A stretch of DNA of 64,000 bases from the human T2T-CHM13v2.0 reference genome, Homo sapiens. Location: the NCBI RefSeq assembly GCF_009914755.1, contig NC_060933.1. One strand, written 5' to 3'. This document shows, in pieces, positions 56,701-64,000 of this stretch; within the stretch, counting starts at the first letter, position 1, and every line of letters begins with the position of its first letter. Both the position numbers and the translations under genes were made by a program. A model generated the notes under the pieces. It was given only the letters and a program-made list of their open reading frames with translations, did no database searches and was not told where the DNA came from.

Positions 56701-59700
56701 TTCCATTCCATTCCATTCCATTTCGGAAGATTGCATTCCATTGCATTCCATTCCATTCCATTCCCCTGCACTCGCGTTGAATCCATTCCATTCCATTCCA
56801 TTCCATTCCATTCCTTTCCGTTCCATTCCATTCCATTCCATTCCATTCCGTTCCATTCCGTTCCGTTCCATTCCATTCCATTCCATTCTATTCGGGTTAA
56901 TTCCATTCCATTCCATTCGATTACAATTGAGTTGATGCCATTTCATTCCATTCGATTCCATTCCATTCCATTCCATTCCTTTCCATTCCATTACGGATGA
57001 TTCCATTCCATTGCATTCCATTCCATTCCATTCCCCTGTACTCGGGTTGATTCCATTCAATTCCATTCCAATCCATGCCTCTCCACTCGTGTTGATTCCA
57101 TTCTTTCTATTCCATTCAAGTTGAATCCATTCCATTGCATTCCATTCCATTCGATTCCATTCGATTGCAGTCGGGTTGATTCCATTCCATTGCATTCCAT
57201 TCCATTCCATTCAATTCCATTCCATTCCATTCCGTTCCATTCCATTTCATTACATTCATATTGATTCTATTCAAATCCCTTACACTCCATTATATTCCAA
57301 TCCATTCTGGTTGTTTCCATTCCATTCCATTCCATTTCACTTGTGTTGATTCCATTCCTTTCCATTCCATTCGGTTTGAAGCCATTCCATTCCATTCAAT
57401 TCCACTCCATTCCATTCCATTCCATACCATTCCATTCCATTCCATTCCATTGTACTCGGGTTGATGCCATTCCATTGCATTCCGTTCCGTTCCATTCCAT
57501 TCCATTCTATTCGGGTTAATTCCATTCCATTCCATTCGATTGCAATCGAGTTAATTCCATTCCATTCCATTCCATTCCATTCCATTCCATTCCTTTCCAT
57601 TCCATTACGGATGATTCCATTCCATTGCATTCCATTCCATTCCATTCCCCTGTACTCGGGTTGATTCCATTCCATTCCATTCCATTCCATTCCATTCCGG
57701 AAGATTCCATTCCATTGCATTCCATTCCAATCCATTCCCCTGCACTCACGTTGATTCCATTCCATTCCATTCCATTCCATTCCGTTCCGTTCCGTTCCGT
57801 TCCATTCCATTCCATTCCATTCCGTTCCGTTCCATTCCATTCCATTCCATTCCATTCTTTCGGGTTAATTCCATTCCATTCCATTCGATTGCAATCGAGT
57901 TGATTCTATTCCATTCCATTCCATTCCATTCCATTCCATTCCATTCCATTCCTTTCCATTACATTACGGATGATTCCATTCCATTTCATTCCATTCCATT
58001 CCATTCCCCTGTACTCGGGTTGATTCCATTCCATTCCATTCCAATCCATGCCATTCCACTCGTGTTGATTCCATTCTTTCCATTCCATTCAAGTTGAATC
58101 CCTTCCATTGCATTCCATTCCATTCGATTCCATTCGATTGCACTCGGGTTGATTCCATTCAATTGCATTCCATTCCATTCCATTCCATTCCATTCCATTC
58201 CATTCCATTCCGTTCCATTCCATTTCATTACATTCAGATTGATTCTATTCAATTCCCTTACACTCCATTATATTCCAATCCATTCTGGTTGTTTCCATTC
58301 CATTCCATTCCATTTCACTCGTGTTGATTCCATTCCTTTCCATTCCATTCGGTTTGAAGCCATTCCATTCCATTCAATTCCACTCCATTCCATTCCATTC
58401 CATTCCATTCCATTCCATTCCATTCCATTCCATTGTACTCGGCTTGATTCCATTCCATTGCATTCCATTCCGTTCCATTCCATTCCGTTCCATTCCATTC
58501 CATTACATTCGGATTGATTCTATTCAACTCCGTTACTCTCCATTACATTCCATTCCATTCGGGTTGTTCCATTCCATTCCATTCCATTCCACTCCATTCC
58601 ATTGCACTCGGGTTGATTCCATTCCATTCCATTCCATTCCATTCCATTCCATTCCATTCCATTCCGGATGATTCCATTCCATTGCATTCCGTTCCATTAC
58701 ATTACCCTACACTCGCGTTGATTCCATTCCATTGCATTCCACTCCATACCATTCCATTGCATTCCATTCCATTCCATTCCATTCCATTCCATTCCGGATG
58801 ATTCCATTCCATTGCATTCCATTCCATTCCATTCCCCTGTACTCGGGTTGATTCCATTCCATTCCATTCCAATCCATGCCATTCCACTCGTGTTGATTCC
58901 ATTCTTTCCATTCCATTCAAGTTGAATCCATTCCATTACATGCCATTCCATTCGATTCCATTCGATTGCACTCAGGTTGATTCCATTCCATTGCATTCCA
59001 TCCCATTCCATTCCATTCCATTCCATTCCATTCCGTTCCATTCCATTCCATTACATTCGGATTGATTCTTTTCAACTCCTTTACTCTCCATTACATTACA
59101 TTCCATTCGGGTTGTTCCATTCCATTCCATTCCATTCCACTCCATTCCATTGCACTCAGGTTGATTCCATTCCATTCCATTCCATTGCATTCCGGATGAT
59201 TCCATTCCATTGCATTCAGTTCCATTACATTCCCCTGCATTCGGGTTGATTCCATTCCATTCCATTCCATTCCATTCGATTCCATTCCATTCCCCTGCAC
59301 TCGCGTTGATTCCATTCCATGCCATTCCATTCCATTCCATTTCATTCCTTTCCATTCCATTGCATTCTATTCCATTCCATTCCATTCCGTTCCATTCCTT
59401 TCCATTCCATTCTATTCGGGTTAATTCCATTCCATTCCATTCGATTGCAATCGTGTTGATTCCATTCCATTCCATTCCATTGCATTCCATTCCATTCCAT
59501 TCCATTCCATTCCATTCCATTCCATTCCTTTCCATTCCATTACGGATGTTTCCATTCCATTGCATTCCATTCCATTCCATTCCATTCCGGATGATTCCAT
59601 TCCATTGCATTCCGTTCCATTACATTCCCGTGCACTCGGGTTGATTCCATTCCATTCCATTCCATTCCATACCATTCCATTCGATTCCATTCCATTCCAA

Positions 59701-60650
59701 TTCTTCCATTCCATTCTATTCCGTACCATTCCATTCCATTCCATACAATTCCATTCCATTCCATTCCATTCCATTCCGTTCCGTTCCGTTCCGCTCCGTT
59801 CCATTCCATTCCATTCCATTCTATTCGGGTTAATTCCGTTCCATTCCGTTCCATTCCATTCTATTCCACTCCATTGCAATCGAGTTGAATCCATTGCATT
59901 CCATTCCATTCCATTCCATTCCATTTCGGAAGATTGCATTCCATTGCATTCCATTCCATTCCATTCCCCTGCACTCGCGTTGAATCCATTCCATTCCATT
60001 CCATTCCATTCCATTCCATTCCTTTCCGTTCCATTCCATTCCATTCCATTCCATTCCGTTCCATTCCGTTCCGTTCCATTCCATTCCATTCCATTCTATT
60101 CGGGTTAATTCCATTCCATTCCATTCGATTACAATTGAGTTGATGCCATTTCATTCCATTCGATTCCATTCCATTCCATTCCATTCCATTCCATTCCATT
60201 CCTTTCCATTCCATTACGGATGATTCCATTCCATTGCATTCCATTCCATTCTATTCCCCTGTACTCGGGTTGATTCCTTTCAATTCCATTCCATTCCATG
60301 CCACTCCACTCGTGTTGATTCCATTCTTTCCATTCCATTCAAGTTGAATCCATTCCATTGCATTCCATTCCATTCGATTCCATTCGATTGCAGTCGGGTT
60401 GATTCCATTCCATTGCATTCCATTCCATTCCATTCAATTCCATTCCATTCCATTCCGTTCCATTCCATTTCATTACATTCATATTGATTCTATTCAATTC
60501 CCTTACACTCCATTATATTCCAATCCATTCTGGTTGTTTCCATTCCATTCCATTCCATTTCACTTGTGTTGATTCCATTCCTTTCCATTCCATTCGGTTT
60601 GAAGCCATTCCATTCCATTCAATTCCACTCCATTCCATTCCATTCCATTC
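53780..60650 (-). repeat. ~3.2 kb duplication (~54780-57430 and ~57950-60650) plus a partial upstream copy (~53780-54730)
   Basis: ATTTCGGAAGATTGC (~54091, ~56720, ~59923), GATTACAATTGAG (~54305, ~56919, ~60127) and ACATTACCCT (~55531, ~58699). ORF pairs are offset by 3163-3223. Confidence 0.85.
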
Positions 60651-60779
60651 CATGCCATTCCACTCGGGTTGATTCCATTCCTTTCCATTCCATTCTTGTT
60701 GAATCCATTCCATTCCATTCTATTCCATTCGAATCCATTCCATTGCACTCGGGTTGATTCCATTCCATTCCATTCCATT

Positions 60780-62550
60780 CCATTGCAATCGAGTTGATTC
60801 CATTCCAATCCATTCCATTCCGTTCCGGATGATTCCATTCCATTCCATTCCATTCCATTCCATTCCATTCCTCTGCAGTCGGGTTGATTCCATTCCATTC
60901 CATTCCATTCCATTCCATTCCATTCCATTCCATTCCATTCCGTTCAATTCCATTCCATTCCATTCTATTCGGGTTAATTCCATTCCATTCCATTGCATTC
61001 CATTCCATTCCATTCCATTCCAATCGAGTTGATTCCATTCCATTCCATTCCATTCCATTCCACTCCATTCCAGTCCTTTCCATTCCATTACACTCGGGTT
61101 GATTCCATTCTATTCCTTTCCATTCCATTCCATTCCATTGTAATCGAGTTGATTCCATTGCTTTGCATTCCATTCCATTCCATTCCATTCCGGATGATTC
61201 CATTCCATTGCATTCCATTCCATTCCATTCCCCTGCACTAGGGTTGATTCTATTCCATTCCACTCCATTCCGTTCCATTCCATTCCATTCCATTGTATTC
61301 GGGTTAATTCTATTCCATTCCATTCCATTCCACTCCATTCCAGTCCTTTCCATTCCATTCCACTCGGGTTGATTCCATTCTATTCCTTTCAATTCCATTC
61401 CATTCCATTGAAATCGAGTTGATTCCATTCGAGTTGAATCCATTCCATTCCATTCCATTCCATTCCATTGCACACGGGTTCATTCCATTCCATTCCATTC
61501 CATTCCATTCCATTCCATTCCATTCCATTTCATTCCATTCCATTCTATTCCGTACCATTCCATTCATTCCCATTCCATTCCATTCCATTCCATGCCATTA
61601 TACTCGGGTTGATTCCATTCCTTTCCATTCCATTCTTGTTGAATCCATTCCATTCCATTCTATTCCATTCGAATCCATTCCATTGCACTCGGGTTGATTC
61701 CATTCCATTCCATTCCATTCCATTTCATTCCATTCCATTCCATTACATTCGGATTGAATCTATTCAATTCCCTTACACTCCATTCCATTCCATTCCATTC
61801 CATTCCATTCCACTCCATTCCACTGCGTCAGGTTGATTGCATTCCATTCCATTCCATTCCATTCCGGATGATTCCATTCCATTGCATTCCATTCCATTCC
61901 ATTCCCCTGCACTCGGGTTGATTCCATTCCATTCCATTCCATTCCATTCCATTCCGTTCCATTCCATTCCATTCCATTCTATTCCGGTTAATTCCATTCC
62001 ATTCCATTCGATTCCATTCCATTCCATTCCATTCCATTGCAATCGAGTTGCTTCCATTCCATTCCATTCCGTTCCGGATGATTCCATTCCATTCCATTCC
62101 ATTCCATTCCATTCCTCGGCAGTCGGGTTGATTCCATTCCATTCCATTCCATTCCGTTCCATTCCATTCCATTCCGTTCAATTCCATTCCATTCCATTCT
62201 ATTCGGGTTAATTCCATTCCATTCCATTCCATTCCATTCCATTCCATTCCAATCGAGTTGATTCCATTCCATTCCATTCCATTCCATTCCACTCCATTCC
62301 AGTCCTTTCCATTCCATTACACTCGGGTTGATTCCATTCTATTCCTTTCCATTCCATTCCATTCCATTGCAATCGAGTTGATTCCATTGCTTTGCATTCC
62401 ATTCCATTCCATTCCATTCCGGATGATTCCATTCCATTGCATTCCATTCCATTCCATTCCCCTGCACTAGGGTTGATTCTATTCCATTCCACTCCATTCC
62501 GTTCCATTCCATTCCATTCCATTGTATTCGGGTTAATTCTATTCCATTCC
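60780..62550 (-). repeat. ~0.55 kb block duplicated at ~1.23-1.25 kb spacing
   Basis: GCACTAGGGTTGATTCTATT at ~61235 and ~62464; TTAATTCTATT at ~61304 and ~62533. Confidence 0.8.
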
Positions 62551-64000
62551 ATTCCATTCCATTCCATTCCATTCCATTCCATTACAATCGAGTTGATTCC
62601 ATTCCATTCCATTCCATTCCATTCCAGTCCTTTCCATTCCATTCCACTCGGGTTGATTCCATTCTATTAGTTTCCATTCCATTCCATTCCCTTCCATTCC
62701 ACTCTGGTTGATTCCATTCCTTTCCATTCCACTCGAATACATTCCCTCCTATTCCACTCGGAACGATTCCATTCCATTCCATTCCATTCCATTCCATTCC
62801 ATTCCATTCCATTCCATTCCAGTTCGTTCCATTCCATTCTATTCCGTACCATTCCATTCCATTCCATTCCATTCCATTCCATTCCATTCCGTTCCGTTCC
62901 ATTCCATTCCATTCCATTCCATTCGGATTAATTCCATTCCACTCCATTCGATCGCAATCGAGTTGATTCCATTCCATTCCATTCCATTCCATTCCATTCC
63001 ATTCCTTTCTATTCCATTACTGATGATTCCTTTCCATTGCATTCCATTCCATTCCATTCCCCTGTACTCGGGTTGATTCCATTCCATTCCATTCCAATCC
63101 ATGCCATTCCACTCGTGTTGATTCCATTCTTTCCATTCCATTCAAGATGAATCCATTTCATTGCATTCCATTCCATTCCATTCCCCTGCAGTCGGGTTGA
63201 TTCCATTCCATTCCATTCCATTCCATTCCATTCCATTCCGTTCCGTTCCGTTCCTTTCCGTTCCGTTCCATTCCATTCCATTCCATTCTTCGGGTTAATT
63301 CCATTCCATTCCATTCCATTCCAATCCAGTTGATTCCATTCCATTCCATTCCATTCCATTCCACTCCATTCCAGTCCTTTCCATTCCATTCCACTCGGGT
63401 TGATTCCAATGTATTCCTTTCCATTCCATTCCATTCCATTGCAATCGAGTTGATTCCATTGCTTTGCATTCCATTCCATTCCATTTAATTCCGGATGATT
63501 CCATTCCATTGCATTCCATTCCATTCCATTCCCCTGCACTCGGGTTGATTCCATTCCATTCCACTGCATTCCGTTCCATTCCATTCCATTCCATTGTATT
63601 CGGGTTAATTCCATTCCATTCCATTCCATTCCATTCCATTCCATTCCATTCCATTACAATCGAGTTGATTCCATTCCATTGCATTCCATTCCATTCCATT
63701 CCAGTCCTTTCCATTCCATTCCACTCGGGTTGATTCCATTCTATTAGTTTCCATTCCATTCCATTCCCTTCCATTCCACTCTGGTTGATTCCATTCCTTT
63801 CCATTCCACTAGAATACATTCCCTCCTATTCCACTCGGAACGATTCCATTCCATTCCATTGCATTCCATTCCATTCCATTCCATTCCATTCCAGTTCGTT
63901 CCATTCCGTTCTATTCCGTACCATTCCATTCCATTCCATTCCTTTCCATTCCATTCCTTTCCACTCGTGTTGATTCCATTCTTTTCCATTCCATTCGGTT

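Larger units (their letters stand above)
19088..64000 (-). repeat. Human Satellite III (HSat3) array, inverted orientation ((ATTCC)n on +)
   Basis: Continuous ATTCC pentamers carrying reverse complements of the same variant words (ACTCGGGTTG, GCAATCGAGTTG, CTATTCGGGTTA, TTCAACTCCCTTAC) through to the window end. Confidence 0.97.

Noticed and set aside
126-63989. Hundreds of overlapping ORFs (MEWNG- and FHSIP-rich)
   Set aside because: They follow directly from a 5-bp repeat with no stop codon on either strand and an ATG in every unit. They overlap in all frames and show no domain or gene structure.
1-64000. CRISPR-like repeat/spacer appearance (conserved words separated by variable stretches)
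   Set aside because: The apparent spacers are just variable numbers of GGAAT, not unique sequences. There are no cas genes or leader, and the context is primate satellite.
1-64000. Transposon (Alu/L1/ERV) or other unique-sequence insertion
   Set aside because: I found no poly(A) tail, target-site duplication or non-pentamer stretch longer than about 40 nt; all such words recur as satellite modules.
1-64000. HSat2, telomeric or alpha-satellite identity; canonical G-quadruplex tracts
   Set aside because: There is no TTAGGG array, no 171-bp monomer or CENP-B box, and no HSat2-type CATCATCGA density. G-runs of three or more are too sparse for canonical G4s.

Overview
The whole 64 kb window is human-type classical Satellite III (HSat3): a diverged (GGAAT)n/(ATTCC)n pentamer array interrupted by a small set of recurring variant words (CAACCCGAGT, CAACTCGATTGC, CATCCGG/CTTCCGG, TAACCCGAATAG, GTAAGGGAGTTGAATAG). 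I see no genes, RNA genes, transposon insertions or unique sequence, and all supplied ORFs are artefacts of the stop-free 5-bp repeat (MEWNG/FHSIP). The main structural features are: (1) one sharp strand inversion at 19,088-19,092, with a 5-bp CGAGT microhomology inside a 12-bp inverted repeat, so the G-rich strands of the two arms converge; (2) a patchwork of recent 1.2-5.3 kb local duplications and long-range paralogous blocks instead of one regular higher-order repeat; (3) about 35 perfect three-unit heat-shock elements (nGAAnnTTCnnGAAn) in a fixed module, plus a recurrent 14-bp palindrome. Assignment to the chr9q12 array is tentative. I found no new gene system. Counts and block boundaries were read by eye and are approximate.
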